The notes under the pieces: model-generated
The model's input: the letters and a program-made list of their open reading frames with translations, nothing else
What the model was told of the DNA's origin: nothing
The model's database searches: none
Position numbers and translations under genes: made by a program
Part shown: piece by piece, positions 28,121-37,292 of the stretch
Layout: each line of letters starts with the position of its first letter
Position numbering within the stretch: position 1 is the first letter of the stretch
Source: a virus
Taxonomy: Duplodnaviria > Caudoviricetes
Length of the DNA stretch: 43,553 bases
Virus record (IMG/VR): IMGVR_UViG_3300032244_000317
Location: 1-43,553 of that record
Strand: one strand, 5' to 3'

Positions 28121-30022
28121 TCAGAACGGCACCTCCTCGGCCATCTGCTCCTCACCTTTGGGCACATCGTTGAGCCGACCCTGCTCGTTCGTGACGGCCA
28201 CGAAGGCCACCACACCACCGCTGGTCAACCTCCACGCCGACCGGCTCGTGTACTTCCCGTCCGGCTTCTTGATGTTCACCTTCGCACATGGGCACCCCAG
28301 ACGCGCTAGGGCTTCAGCGATGGTGCGGGTCGATCGGAAGGACATAGAGTTGCTCAAGTCACGGCACGCGAGCTTGTATAGCCCCTCCGTGGTTCCATAG
28401 ATCTCGCCAGCGTATTCCGACGGCCAGTCACTCAGCAGACCTTCGGAGGTCTTCTTGGGGCCTTGTTCGATGTAACGAGTGACCAACTGCTCGAGGGCTT
28501 CGGCCAAGCTGCCGATGCTGCCGAGCCGGTGATGCTCGACGATGCCAAGCAGAATCGGCAACCACTGCGACCGCCAATCCTGCCGGCTCACGATCGCCGG
28601 CGTGGTGTCGGCCCCGTCGGCCAGACGCATAGCGAACTTGTCGGGGTTGTGGAGATTTTCGATAGGGCCGAGCTTCACCTGTGCACCACCCATCACAAGG
28701 ATGTACGAGCCCTCGTCGCCCTCGTACCTGATCAGCCGCTGCACGGCCTTCGTGACCGGCAGGCCGAGTGCTTCGTTGAGCTGGGAGACGAGCGGGTTCC
28801 TGACCTGCTCGGCCGCTGCCGCCTCGGGCGTGATTGCCGCGACCTCGGGCGCGGCTTCCACACCCTCGACCGTGGAGTCTATATGGACGACGACCGACGG
28901 CGGCTGTTCGGTCACGACCTGCTTGAGGCGCAGATATTCCTTGAGCATGTCGGCCCGCTCTGTCGCCTGCATCTCCTTGGCGATCTCGTCCTGCTCCTGC
29001 TCCTTCAGCCACTCGGAGTAGGCCTTGCGTGCCTTGGCGATCGTATAGTTCAGCTTGTCGACGCGGAAGTCGGCACGCTCGATCGTGCCACCGTGTAGCC
29101 GGCGGTTCGCGATCAGCGCGTCGCAGATCTCCTGATCCGTCCAGCCGTCGTACCTGACGAGCCGTGCAGCGATCGACATGTCACGCTCGCTCGGGGAGGG
29201 GAACTTCTTGCGACCGTGCCAGACGTCCGAGAAGGCCAAGTCGTTGGCGAGCAAGATGCCGATCTTGTCCGGCACCTGAGCCTCGAGGTCAATGTTCAGC
29301 GGAGTGGTGACCACCACCTTGGTGATCGAGCGCGGCTTGGCCGAGAAGTCATCGAAGTCGGACGGGTTGTATCGAGGCTCCGGCGTGTGTGGCATCGAGC
29401 CAGTAGCGACGCGCCGGTACTTGTGGTTCACGGTGCCCGGCAACCTGAGCACGCGTGCGAGATCGTAGGTCGCGTCGACCGTGAAGCCGCAGGTGCTGGC
29501 GATCCACTTCTGGTAGCCCTCGACGAGAGCCTGAGCGCGTGCGCGTTCGTCGTTCGACTCGAGCGTCCACGGCTCCTTGAACAGCCAGTACGCGTGGATG
29601 CCGCCGCCGGTGGTGACGATAAGCGAGGGCTTCATGGTCAGGCCCATCACACCTGAGACGACTTGGTCGAGGGTCTGGGCTAGGCCGACCTTCGAGTGGT
29701 GGTCGTTCTTCACATCAATGTCGACCCACACGCCGGCCATCGCCACGGCCGAGCGTGCGCAACCTCGCGCGAAGTCGGCCCCAGCCTTCTTCGGGTCAGC
29801 GGCCTTGGCCTCGTCGGCATCGGCGCGAGAGATGGCGAGGTCGTGCAGACAGACCGAGAAGTACACATCCGACCGCTCGTGAACCGAGCGTGCTTGGTCG
29901 GCGGCTTGTTTGCTGCTCGTGCACCAAGTCGGGCGTTTGCCGTTGGGCTCCCAGATGACGAGTTGGGATTGTTCGGAGATGCAGTCTGGATACAAGAGGT
30001 CGAGGAATGTCAGAGAGTCCAT
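28121..30022 (-). CDS. RepB-type DNA primase (archaeo-eukaryotic primase fold) with C-terminal extension
   Basis: VWVDID, PSLIVTTGGGIHAYW, DLARVLRLPGTVNHK, SPSERD. Confidence 0.85.
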   Translation of the reverse strand: MDSLTFLDLLYPDCISEQSQLVIWEPNGKRPTWCTSSKQAADQARSVHERSDVYFSVCLHDLAISRADADEAKAADPKKAGADFARGCARSAVAMAGVWVDIDVKNDHHSKVGLAQTLDQVVSGVMGLTMKPSLIVTTGGGIHAYWLFKEPWTLESNDERARAQALVEGYQKWIASTCGFTVDATYDLARVLRLPGTVNHKYRRVATGSMPHTPEPRYNPSDFDDFSAKPRSITKVVVTTPLNIDLEAQVPDKIGILLANDLAFSDVWHGRKKFPSPSERDMSIAARLVRYDGWTDQEICDALIANRRLHGGTIERADFRVDKLNYTIAKARKAYSEWLKEQEQDEIAKEMQATERADMLKEYLRLKQVVTEQPPSVVVHIDSTVEGVEAAPEVAAITPEAAAAEQVRNPLVSQLNEALGLPVTKAVQRLIRYEGDEGSYILVMGGAQVKLGPIENLHNPDKFAMRLADGADTTPAIVSRQDWRSQWLPILLGIVEHHRLGSIGSLAEALEQLVTRYIEQGPKKTSEGLLSDWPSEYAGEIYGTTEGLYKLACRDLSNSMSFRSTRTIAEALARLGCPCAKVNIKKPDGKYTSRSAWRLTSGGVVAFVAVTNEQGRLNDVPKGEEQMAEEVPF

Positions 30023-30084
30023 ACAGTTCGTCGCGTGGTGCGGGCACGCGTGGTCTGGTCGATTGTTGGATGCGGTGGATAGAA

Positions 30085-30117
30085 GAGCCGCACGGCGTGT
30101 GGTTCGCCGCGCGGCTC
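30085..30117 (-). terminator. Probable intrinsic terminator
   Basis: GAGCCGCGCGGCG/CGCCGTGCGGCTC stem followed by TTCTAT on the minus strand. Confidence 0.6.
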
Positions 30118-30156
30118 GACAATGTACAGCGTGCTTGACGCACGCCTACCTTTCAA

Positions 30157-30915
30157 TCACTCGTCGCCGTCATCGGTGCCAGTTGCGACACCGCCACCGC
30201 GTTGAAGAGCGGCTTGCAGAATCACATCGGACAGCACGGCATTGAGCGCAGCCGCGCCGGCCAACTCTTCCGAGGTGAGTGCACGAACGAACGAGAAGAC
30301 GATCTCGGAGTACGGCTGGCCCGCCTTGTTCTGCGTCTTCTTCAGCGTGAGCTTGGACACGACGGTGTTCACCGTGTGGCCCGAGTTCATGAGAATCATG
30401 CAGTACTGGGTAAACGCCTTCTTGGATGAGCGCGGAACCTTCAAGAGGTTAGGCACGCGGTTCTCGCCGATGAACATGTAGACCTCGCCGAACTCCTTGC
30501 AGTCGGCACCCTTGCCACCCTTGCGATCGCTCGACATCTTCGACCACGGGCACATCAGGCAGTTGTGCACGCCCTCGCCATCGGGCGAGCCGGTCTCAAT
30601 GTTGTTGCCGATGCCAGTGCGGCCGTCGAGCGACGAGCAATCAGGCGCGGTGCCGAGCGCACCGTCCGTCTGGCGGTACCAGTTGCGCATCGTCATGCGC
30701 TGCGCGGCGATGACGCACTCGATTTCCTTGAGCGACTCCTCGCCTTGGAGACCGCCTTCAACGCTGAACACGGTCATGCCGGCGGGCGGCACCTTCACCT
30801 TCGGCAACTGGTGCAGCGCGAGACCGGCATCGAACACGGACTTGACCGCGATCGAGGCTTGGGTGTTGGCGAGGACGGGGAACTTGGAAGTAACGCTTAC
30901 AACTTGCTTTGTCAT
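30157..30915 (-). CDS. Probable single-stranded DNA-binding / replication protein
   Basis: PDCSSLDG, CLMCPWS, KGADCKE, LKVPRSS motifs; acidic tail TDDGDE; in replication cluster. Confidence 0.55.
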   Translation of the reverse strand: MTKQVVSVTSKFPVLANTQASIAVKSVFDAGLALHQLPKVKVPPAGMTVFSVEGGLQGEESLKEIECVIAAQRMTMRNWYRQTDGALGTAPDCSSLDGRTGIGNNIETGSPDGEGVHNCLMCPWSKMSSDRKGGKGADCKEFGEVYMFIGENRVPNLLKVPRSSKKAFTQYCMILMNSGHTVNTVVSKLTLKKTQNKAGQPYSEIVFSFVRALTSEELAGAAALNAVLSDVILQAALQRGGGVATGTDDGDE

Positions 30916-30944
30916 GGTTCGGTTGTTTCGTGTCGTTGTTGGAA

Positions 30945-31421
30945 TCAGGAGTTGAGGTTCCGAGCAGCACGCTTCGACGATGACTCGGTCTTCGTCGACT
31001 TCACTGCACGGAGTTCGGGCTTCGTGAACACATTGAGCAGCGGCTTGAGCTCGGCGGGAATCTCGCCGCCGTCGGCTAGCAGTTCGCGGATGTGGGCTTG
31101 CAGGGTCTGGGCAGAGATCTGCTCCTTGACCATGTACGCCAAGTCAGTCTTCTTCGCCGCGTCGACGAGCATCTCCGAGGTCACGCCCTCGTTGCGCCAG
31201 ACGATCAGCGGCTCGGCCATGTGCACATTGAAAGTCTGGCCGTCGACTTCGAGCGGGATGGATGACACGCCGGCTGCGGCCAGTTCGGTGAGGATGATCT
31301 CCGCGAGAGCGTCGCGGTGTTTTTTCATCTCGTCCACCTGAGCTTCTAGCTCGGCGATCTCGCGCTTGACGCGCACGAACTGACGGATGGGATCGACGAA
31401 GGATGCAAGGGAGTCGGTCAT
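30945..31421 (-). CDS. Conserved phage coiled-coil protein of replication modules
   Basis: N-terminal coiled coil, VKEQISAQTLQAHIRELLADGGEIP. Confidence 0.6.
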   Translation of the reverse strand: MTDSLASFVDPIRQFVRVKREIAELEAQVDEMKKHRDALAEIILTELAAAGVSSIPLEVDGQTFNVHMAEPLIVWRNEGVTSEMLVDAAKKTDLAYMVKEQISAQTLQAHIRELLADGGEIPAELKPLLNVFTKPELRAVKSTKTESSSKRAARNLNS

Positions 31422-32806
31422 TGCTTCTGCTTTCTTTGGTTGTTGGTCTGTACAGCACGCAGGCGCGATACGACTGATTCGATCACCGAGGCCTTCTTCT
31501 GGAGGGCCGCGTAGATGGACTGGTCGATCGTGTCACGAGTGACGAGGTGATAGTAACTAACAGACCGAGCCTGTCCCGGTCTATGGATTCGTGCGAGAGC
31601 CTGCTCGTAGTCACCGAGTGAGTGCGACACCGAGTAGAAGACGCAGTGGGCGGCGCGTGTCAGGTCAACGCCTTCGGCACCGGCGCGGATCTGGACGGCC
31701 AGCACGCGTGCCGCGCCGTCCTTCCACTGCGGGTGTTCCTTGCGCGAGCCGGACAGCTCGAGCGAGGTGCAGCCGACGGTCTTGCACGCGGTGTGGATTG
31801 CCTCGAGGTCGTAGCGGAAGCGGCAGAAGACCGCGACGGGTTCGTCGCCGAGGTCTTCGAGGAGCTCGACCAGACGCTCCTGCTTGGTGTGGTGCATGAC
31901 TTGGAGAACGCTGGCCGTGGCTTCCCAGTCGTTCGGCTGCACGGCCACAAAGCCCGAGGTCATCTGTTGCAGACGCGTGGTCTTGACCAGCGCGTTAGCC
32001 ACATCGACCGTGCCCTCCTCGAGCTCGCACGCGATGTCGAGCTCGGTGGCCGCGTAGATCTTCCGCACGGCCGGCGGGAGGTCGAGCTCGATCTCGGTGT
32101 GCACGGCCTCGGGGAGCGTGAGCACCGAGCGGTCAACTTGGAAGGCGACGCGCCCGATGCGCTGGGCCATGTCCTGCTGGTTCTGGAAGCCGGTGATCTT
32201 GGGGAAGCCTCCGCGTGTATCGACCTTGGCGTAGAAGCCGCGGAAGCGCACGAACGACGGGCCGAAGATCGCCGGGTCGATCAGCCGCATCTGCGAGTAG
32301 ATGTCGAGCGGTGAGTGCGGCATCGGCGTGCCGGTGAGACATAGCACGCGTGCTGCTTTGTCCGCGACCTTGGCAGCGGCCTTGGCTGCTTTGCCCGTGT
32401 GTGACTTCGCGCGGTGAGACTCGTCGAAGATGACGAGATCCCACGCGGTCGAGGTCAGCACGCGGAAGAGGTCGGGCCGCCAGATCGAATCCCAGTTGGT
32501 GACGAAGGCCTTGTAGGTCTGCGTCGTCGAGCGTAACTCGCGCAGCAACTGGCTGGCCTTCTCGGCCACGGTGCCCTCAAGGTTCACGACCGTGAGCTGC
32601 TCGTCGAACTTCGACGCGTTCTTTGTCCACGCTCCGTCGGTGACAACGCCGAGCGGCGCGACCACGAGCACGCGTGCAGCACCGATCCTCTGACGGATCT
32701 CGAGGGCCATGCGCGTCTTGCCCGTGCCCATGCCGCAGGCCAGCATGGTGCCGCGACGAGCCAGCGCGTACTCGACGGCATCGACTTGATGTTTCCAGAG
32801 CGTCAT
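31418..32806 (-). CDS. SNF2-family superfamily 2 helicase
   Basis: LWKHQ, MGTGKT, DESH, LTGTP, GAEGVDL, QALARIHRPGQ. Confidence 0.93.
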   Translation of the reverse strand: MTLWKHQVDAVEYALARRGTMLACGMGTGKTRMALEIRQRIGAARVLVVAPLGVVTDGAWTKNASKFDEQLTVVNLEGTVAEKASQLLRELRSTTQTYKAFVTNWDSIWRPDLFRVLTSTAWDLVIFDESHRAKSHTGKAAKAAAKVADKAARVLCLTGTPMPHSPLDIYSQMRLIDPAIFGPSFVRFRGFYAKVDTRGGFPKITGFQNQQDMAQRIGRVAFQVDRSVLTLPEAVHTEIELDLPPAVRKIYAATELDIACELEEGTVDVANALVKTTRLQQMTSGFVAVQPNDWEATASVLQVMHHTKQERLVELLEDLGDEPVAVFCRFRYDLEAIHTACKTVGCTSLELSGSRKEHPQWKDGAARVLAVQIRAGAEGVDLTRAAHCVFYSVSHSLGDYEQALARIHRPGQARSVSYYHLVTRDTIDQSIYAALQKKASVIESVVSRLRAVQTNNQRKQKQ

Positions 32807-33195
32807 CGAGCGAGCCCCTTGATCAAGTTGATCAGCGCGAAGTACCAGTCGCCGGCGGCTTCGCGCATCCAGTTCCAGCACCGCACATGCCACGGCGTGC
32901 GCGAGGCTTTGGCGTGGATGTCACAGACCTCGGAGTAGATCTGCTCACGCGTGAAGTCGTCGAGCCGATCGAGCGTGCGCGACAGTTCGGTGAGAACTTC
33001 CTTCTGCTCGTCAAGCCGCGCGGTGATGTCGGCGAGATCACGACGCGCCTCGTAGAGAGAGAACGGCGTGCCACGATTCCGCGTGCCGTGTAACTCGTAG
33101 AGATGCTCTTCGATCGCTACGACGCGCACCCAGACATCAGAGAGCTTGGGCTGCTTGGCTCGAGAGCGCGTGGCCTTCTTCTTCTTCGCGGTCAC
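32803..33195 (-). CDS. Hypothetical protein
   Basis: 130 aa, 4-bp overlaps with both neighbours. Confidence 0.7.
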   Translation of the reverse strand: MTAKKKKATRSRAKQPKLSDVWVRVVAIEEHLYELHGTRNRGTPFSLYEARRDLADITARLDEQKEVLTELSRTLDRLDDFTREQIYSEVCDIHAKASRTPWHVRCWNWMREAAGDWYFALINLIKGLAR

Positions 33196-33590
33196 TGGGC
33201 ACCGCCTTCGAGCATTGTGGCGCGGATCTGTGCGCGGAGATCTTCCAGCACCTTCTCGAACATCTTCTCATCCACGCTCTCGCTGCCAGTGGCTTCACGC
33301 TCAGGCTGAACGAACTCCGAGAGCTTGAGACCGTACACGCTGCCGATGATGCGGGCCTGCTCGAGCGTGGGTTGCACGAGAGAGCGTTCGATGTTGTAGA
33401 GCGTGGGCGGTGACATCTTGCAGCCGGCTTGGTCGAGGAGCTCGACCATGCGCTCGCCAGTCATGCCGCGATGCTTCCTCTCACGGCGCAGCACTTCGCC
33501 GAACAGAGCGACGGTCTTGCGCCCGACCTTCGGGCGGCCGGGCTTGAAGTCGAGGGAGTTGGAGTCGGTGTTGGTGTCTTGATTGTCCAT
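33192..33590 (-). CDS. XRE-family helix-turn-helix regulator
   Basis: FGEVLRRERKHRGMT...MSPPTLYNIERSLVQPTLEQ; first gene of the leftward arm. Confidence 0.85.
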   Translation of the reverse strand: MDNQDTNTDSNSLDFKPGRPKVGRKTVALFGEVLRRERKHRGMTGERMVELLDQAGCKMSPPTLYNIERSLVQPTLEQARIIGSVYGLKLSEFVQPEREATGSESVDEKMFEKVLEDLRAQIRATMLEGGAQ

Positions 33591-33763
33591 ATAGGCTTAG
33601 TTCCTTGGGGGCTTGGTTCACGCGGCCAGACCATCCGGCGGCGTGTTCGAGGGCACCTTCTAGCCGCTACCCCACCCCCGAATCTACAGCCTATTCCACA
33701 AGAATCGTCATAAGTGCTTTATCTAGCGGGGTTTAGGCGCGCTCAGATTCTGCGGATTTTGTT

Positions 33764-33791
33764 TTGCGTTTCAGGCTCAAGCCTCTACTCT
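33764..33791 (+). promoter_or_regulatory. Candidate sigma70-type early promoter
   Basis: TTGCGT-16 bp-TACTCT in the divergent intergenic region. Confidence 0.45.
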
Positions 33792-33859
33792 ATATAGGTC
33801 GACAGCAAGTGAGCGATCGACGCGACCGACCAACCAGACCAGACCAAGGAGCCAAGACC

Positions 33860-34087
33860 ATGACCCGCAACACCCAGACCGGCCTGACCTCGAAGATCGA
33901 CGCGGGGTTCGAGAAGCTCGAGCAACTGCACCGCGCCTACGATCGCGCTCAGGCCCGCGCCGGCAAGATGCCGAACGGCACCCATCGTGAGAAGCTCGAC
34001 CGCTCGTGCGCCTTCATCCGTGCCCGCCTCAAGTACGAGCACAAGATCCTGAACTTGGCGGCGCAACTCGCCAAGGCAACCCGCTGA
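33860..34087 (+). CDS. Hypothetical early protein
   Basis: MTRNTQTG..., preceded by AAGGAGCCAAGACCATG. Confidence 0.75.
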   Translation: MTRNTQTGLTSKIDAGFEKLEQLHRAYDRAQARAGKMPNGTHREKLDRSCAFIRARLKYEHKILNLAAQLAKATR

Positions 34088-34123
34088 TCCCACCCAACCA
34101 CCCAGACCAAGGAGACCAAGACC

Positions 34124-34522
34124 ATGCGCTACATCCAGATCAAAGACCCGGCACCCAACGGCATCGACGGCACGACCAAGCTGGCCAAGAGCACGCGCGA
34201 GTCCATCCGCGAGCGCATCTTGCAGATCGAAGACAACATCGAGCTCGAGGGCGATCACGGCTACTTCGCTGGCGTGGAGTGCCGCGAGAGCTGGGCGGAG
34301 ACGCTCCAGCAACTGCACGACCTGCTCAAGAACCCGACCCACTCACGGCTGGCCGAGCTCAGTCTGGCCAACGAGGAGCTCGAGCTGTTCCGAGAAGAAG
34401 ATTCGGCGGTCAAGCGTGACCTTGCCAAGGCCGACCGCATCAACGCCAAGATCGAGTGGGACCAGTTCATCGCCGAAGGCGGAGACCCTGACTCTTTCAT
34501 GGTGATCCACTTCGGCCGCTGA
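34124..34522 (+). CDS. Hypothetical early protein
   Basis: 132 aa, CCAAGACCATG leader, phage-typical codon use. Confidence 0.8.
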   Translation: MRYIQIKDPAPNGIDGTTKLAKSTRESIRERILQIEDNIELEGDHGYFAGVECRESWAETLQQLHDLLKNPTHSRLAELSLANEELELFREEDSAVKRDLAKADRINAKIEWDQFIAEGGDPDSFMVIHFGR

Positions 34523-34560
34523 TCCAACCACCACCAACCACCAACCAGACACCCAAGACC

Positions 34561-34842
34561 ATGAACGCCAACCAACTCTACAAGCTGAACTTCTCCCTCG
34601 TGCAACGCCCGAACTCCGAACGCGTGCTGATCTTCTGCGAGAGCCGCCCGGGCTCGTCGTCTCACCGTGAGCGCGTCGTCGGCTCGCTGCAACGCAACAC
34701 CGAGGAGTTCGAGGAGTTCACCAAGCTGGCCCGCGCGTATCGCGTCTCGCGCCCGTACACCGTCGCCGAGACGGCACGCGTGCTGGGCGAGATCCTCGCC
34801 GGCGTGCGCGAAGCCGCAGCCGCGAAGGAGCAGGCACAATGA
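34561..34842 (+). CDS. Hypothetical early protein
   Basis: 93 aa, CCAAGACCATG leader. Confidence 0.78.
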   Translation: MNANQLYKLNFSLVQRPNSERVLIFCESRPGSSSHRERVVGSLQRNTEEFEEFTKLARAYRVSRPYTVAETARVLGEILAGVREAAAAKEQAQ

Positions 34843-35570
34843 CCGGCCGTGGCAATCGACAGTACTCGCTCGAGCTCATGCTCATGGCCACCATCTACAC
34901 GGTGCAGAAGCAGGGCCGATACTTGAAGCGCACTGAGGCCCGCGCCGGCGAGCAGCAGCCGACCGCGACGCTGGCCTTCGAGCTCGTGGCGTACTCGACG
35001 CCGAAGCACTGGGCGGCCGAGGATGTCGCGGCCTTCGAGTTACAGCGCGACGCGTTGCGTGACCGCGCACAGGCCGCACTGGTCTGGGCTCGCTCGATCA
35101 AGCCGAGCAACGACTACGAGACGACGATCCGTGACATCGCTCGGCGCGGTGTGTTCACGAAGGCAGCAGGCAAGAACGAACTAGGCCACGCCGCGTCGAT
35201 CTGGCCCAGCTACGAGCGGTCACGCGCACGAGATCCGATCGCCGAGCCGACGGCCGAGTATGTCGGCACGGTGGGCCAGCGTGTCGAGTTCAGCGCGACC
35301 GTGTCGGCAGTCGTTCCGACCTTCGGGCCGTTCGGCCTGATCGCCCGCGTCGACTTCCTCGACGACGAGGGACGGCGGCTGGTGTGGTGGTCGTCACAGC
35401 CGGCCAAGATGCCGAGGGAGTTGCGGACAGGCTCACGCGTGGCGGTGAAGGGCACGGTCAAGTCCCAAGAGTTCTACATCGGCCGGCACCAGACGACCCT
35501 GACGCGGTGCAAAGTGGCCCTCGAGGATGCCCCAGAACCCCAGCCAGAGCCCCTAGAACGGGGTTCGTAG
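34839..35570 (+). CDS. Phage protein with C-terminal OB-fold-like domain
   Basis: YVGTVGQRVEF...FG...FLDDEG..LVW...VKGTVK...QTTLTRCK. Confidence 0.7.
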   Translation: MTGRGNRQYSLELMLMATIYTVQKQGRYLKRTEARAGEQQPTATLAFELVAYSTPKHWAAEDVAAFELQRDALRDRAQAALVWARSIKPSNDYETTIRDIARRGVFTKAAGKNELGHAASIWPSYERSRARDPIAEPTAEYVGTVGQRVEFSATVSAVVPTFGPFGLIARVDFLDDEGRRLVWWSSQPAKMPRELRTGSRVAVKGTVKSQEFYIGRHQTTLTRCKVALEDAPEPQPEPLERGS

Positions 35571-35658
35571 GCTACTTTCCGCAAGAATCCGAGACGCTCT
35601 AAGTGCCTTTGCCAGTAGGCACTTACGGCGAACCTGCTGGAATCCTGCCAGATTACTG

Positions 35659-35687
35659 TTGAGGTTCCGGTCGCCCTAGCCGATCAT
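35659..35687 (+). promoter_or_regulatory. Candidate second early promoter
   Basis: TTGAGG-17 bp-GATCAT, in a region that resembles 33694-33862. Confidence 0.35.
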
Positions 35688-35753
35688 CTCTACATCGACA
35701 GCACGACGCTGACGACCTGACCGACCAACCGACCAAGACCAAGAGCCAAGACC

Positions 35754-36020
35754 ATGACGAACAACCTCAAGCCCCTGACCCTCAAGCAAGTCGAAGCCGG
35801 CCGCGCCGCTCTGGTGATGGCGATGGAGAAGTTCCCGGAGTTCGGCGAGTTCATCCGCAGCCTGCCGCAGGACGGCAGCCGCAGCCGCGCCGCCATCAAC
35901 ATCCTGATGGGTATCGGCTTCACGGCGGTCGAGGCTTACCAGATCGTGATCGGCCACGACTCGGTGGAGAAGCTGGCCAACGATGTCTACAACGACCTGA
36001 GCTGCAAGGCGACCGCCTGA
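35754..36020 (+). CDS. Hypothetical early protein
   Basis: 88 aa, CCAAGACCATG leader. Confidence 0.78.
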   Translation: MTNNLKPLTLKQVEAGRAALVMAMEKFPEFGEFIRSLPQDGSRSRAAINILMGIGFTAVEAYQIVIGHDSVEKLANDVYNDLSCKATA

Positions 36021-36061
36021 TCCAACTACCCAAGACCACCAAGACCAACAGAGCCAAGACT

Positions 36062-36400
36062 ATGACCACCCTACCCCTCTCTCACCGCGACAGCCTGATC
36101 TGCCGCGAGATCCACACCCACAGCGTCACCGGCCAGCGCACGACCTTCACGGCCGAGTACACCGCGCACGAGCTCAAGTCGCTGCTCTGGCTCTCGACCA
36201 GCGACGAAGCCCTCGAGGCCTTGTGCGAAGCGAACGCCGAAGACGACCTCCGCGCCGTGGCCGATGTGGCCGGCGGTGCTGGCGTCGACTTCGAGCTCTA
36301 CACGATCGACCAAGTACGCTCGATGTTCGACAAGCTGCCGCGCGATGTCCAGCAGACCGCGAAGGACGCTGGCTGGGTGATCGAAGGAGGTGCCCTGTGA
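36062..36400 (+). CDS. Hypothetical early protein
   Basis: 112 aa, CCAAGACTATG leader. Confidence 0.78.
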   Translation: MTTLPLSHRDSLICREIHTHSVTGQRTTFTAEYTAHELKSLLWLSTSDEALEALCEANAEDDLRAVADVAGGAGVDFELYTIDQVRSMFDKLPRDVQQTAKDAGWVIEGGAL

Positions 36401-36696
36401 TCCGTTACACCACGCTCGACGGCTGGCTCGACACCTTCAACTGCCCGAACTTCGGCGACATCAACTACACGATGCGCGAAGCCCTGAGCCTGTACGCTCT
36501 GCACGGCGTGCAGCTTGGCGGCTTCGGTCGCGCCTTGATCGCCGGCGACTTGGCGAGCGCGTCCGTCCGTGCCGATCTCGAGAACACAGCCGTCCTCCCA
36601 AAGTTGGTCCAGTGGTGTCAAGTAAACCTGCCACCCGAGGCGCGGGGCTCCTATGATGCGGTGAACAACTGGAAGGGTTGCAGGCCGCGTCTATGA
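36397..36696 (+). CDS. Hypothetical phage protein
   Basis: GTG start with AAGGAGG RBS; GGFGRALIAGDL...RADLEN...GSYDAVNNW. Confidence 0.72.
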   Translation: MIRYTTLDGWLDTFNCPNFGDINYTMREALSLYALHGVQLGGFGRALIAGDLASASVRADLENTAVLPKLVQWCQVNLPPEARGSYDAVNNWKGCRPRL

Positions 36697-37292
36697 ACTC
36701 GAAGCATCGTCACGATAAGAACAAGCTCTCCTTCGCGGCTGACTACGCGAAGTCCGCGAAAGCCGCCGGCGTGCGCCAGTACACCATGACACAGGGCGTG
36801 CAGCAAGGCGTGCGCCGTGAGTTCCGGCTGACGATCGGCAAGCTCGGGGTGATCGATCCGACGAACGGGATGCGCATGCCGTTCAAGGCACAGGTGCGCG
36901 AGGATGCCGAGACGCTATGCACCGCGCTCTTGCTGCGCTTCCACTACCACCCCGACGCCACCTACATCGTGTCGATCCTCGACCAGCCGGAGTACGCGCG
37001 GGAGCAGATACTGAAGGCTCTGGCCCTCGGCCGGCGGTTCATCGTGAAGCAGGGCCGGAACAGCGGCGACATCTTCATCACGCGGAACAAGGAGTCTGGG
37101 GCCAACTATCTGGAAACGCCGGATAGTTCCACCGACAGCACGCCGGATTTCGGAATCTACTCAAGCGGCGATATCCACGAGGTCGAAGAGTTGGATGACC
37201 TGACCATCTACCTCAGGCAAGGAGTCGAAGCCCTGCTGGCTTCGCTCAAGCCGTTCGAACTCAAGACCACTCAACAACTGGAGCTATTCTGA
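36693..37292 (+). CDS. Hypothetical protein
   Basis: 199 aa, ATGA overlap with upstream gene. Confidence 0.72.
   Translation: MNSKHRHDKNKLSFAADYAKSAKAAGVRQYTMTQGVQQGVRREFRLTIGKLGVIDPTNGMRMPFKAQVREDAETLCTALLLRFHYHPDATYIVSILDQPEYAREQILKALALGRRFIVKQGRNSGDIFITRNKESGANYLETPDSSTDSTPDFGIYSSGDIHEVEELDDLTIYLRQGVEALLASLKPFELKTTQQLELF

Noticed and set aside
33192-33860. Lambda-like cI/cro lysogeny switch
   Set aside because: Only one HTH gene, no peptidase domain, and no integrase in the window; lifestyle cannot be called
33826-36064. Early leader repeats as a CRISPR mini-array or integron attC sites
   Set aside because: Short, non-palindromic and separated by whole genes; no integron integrase or attC dyad
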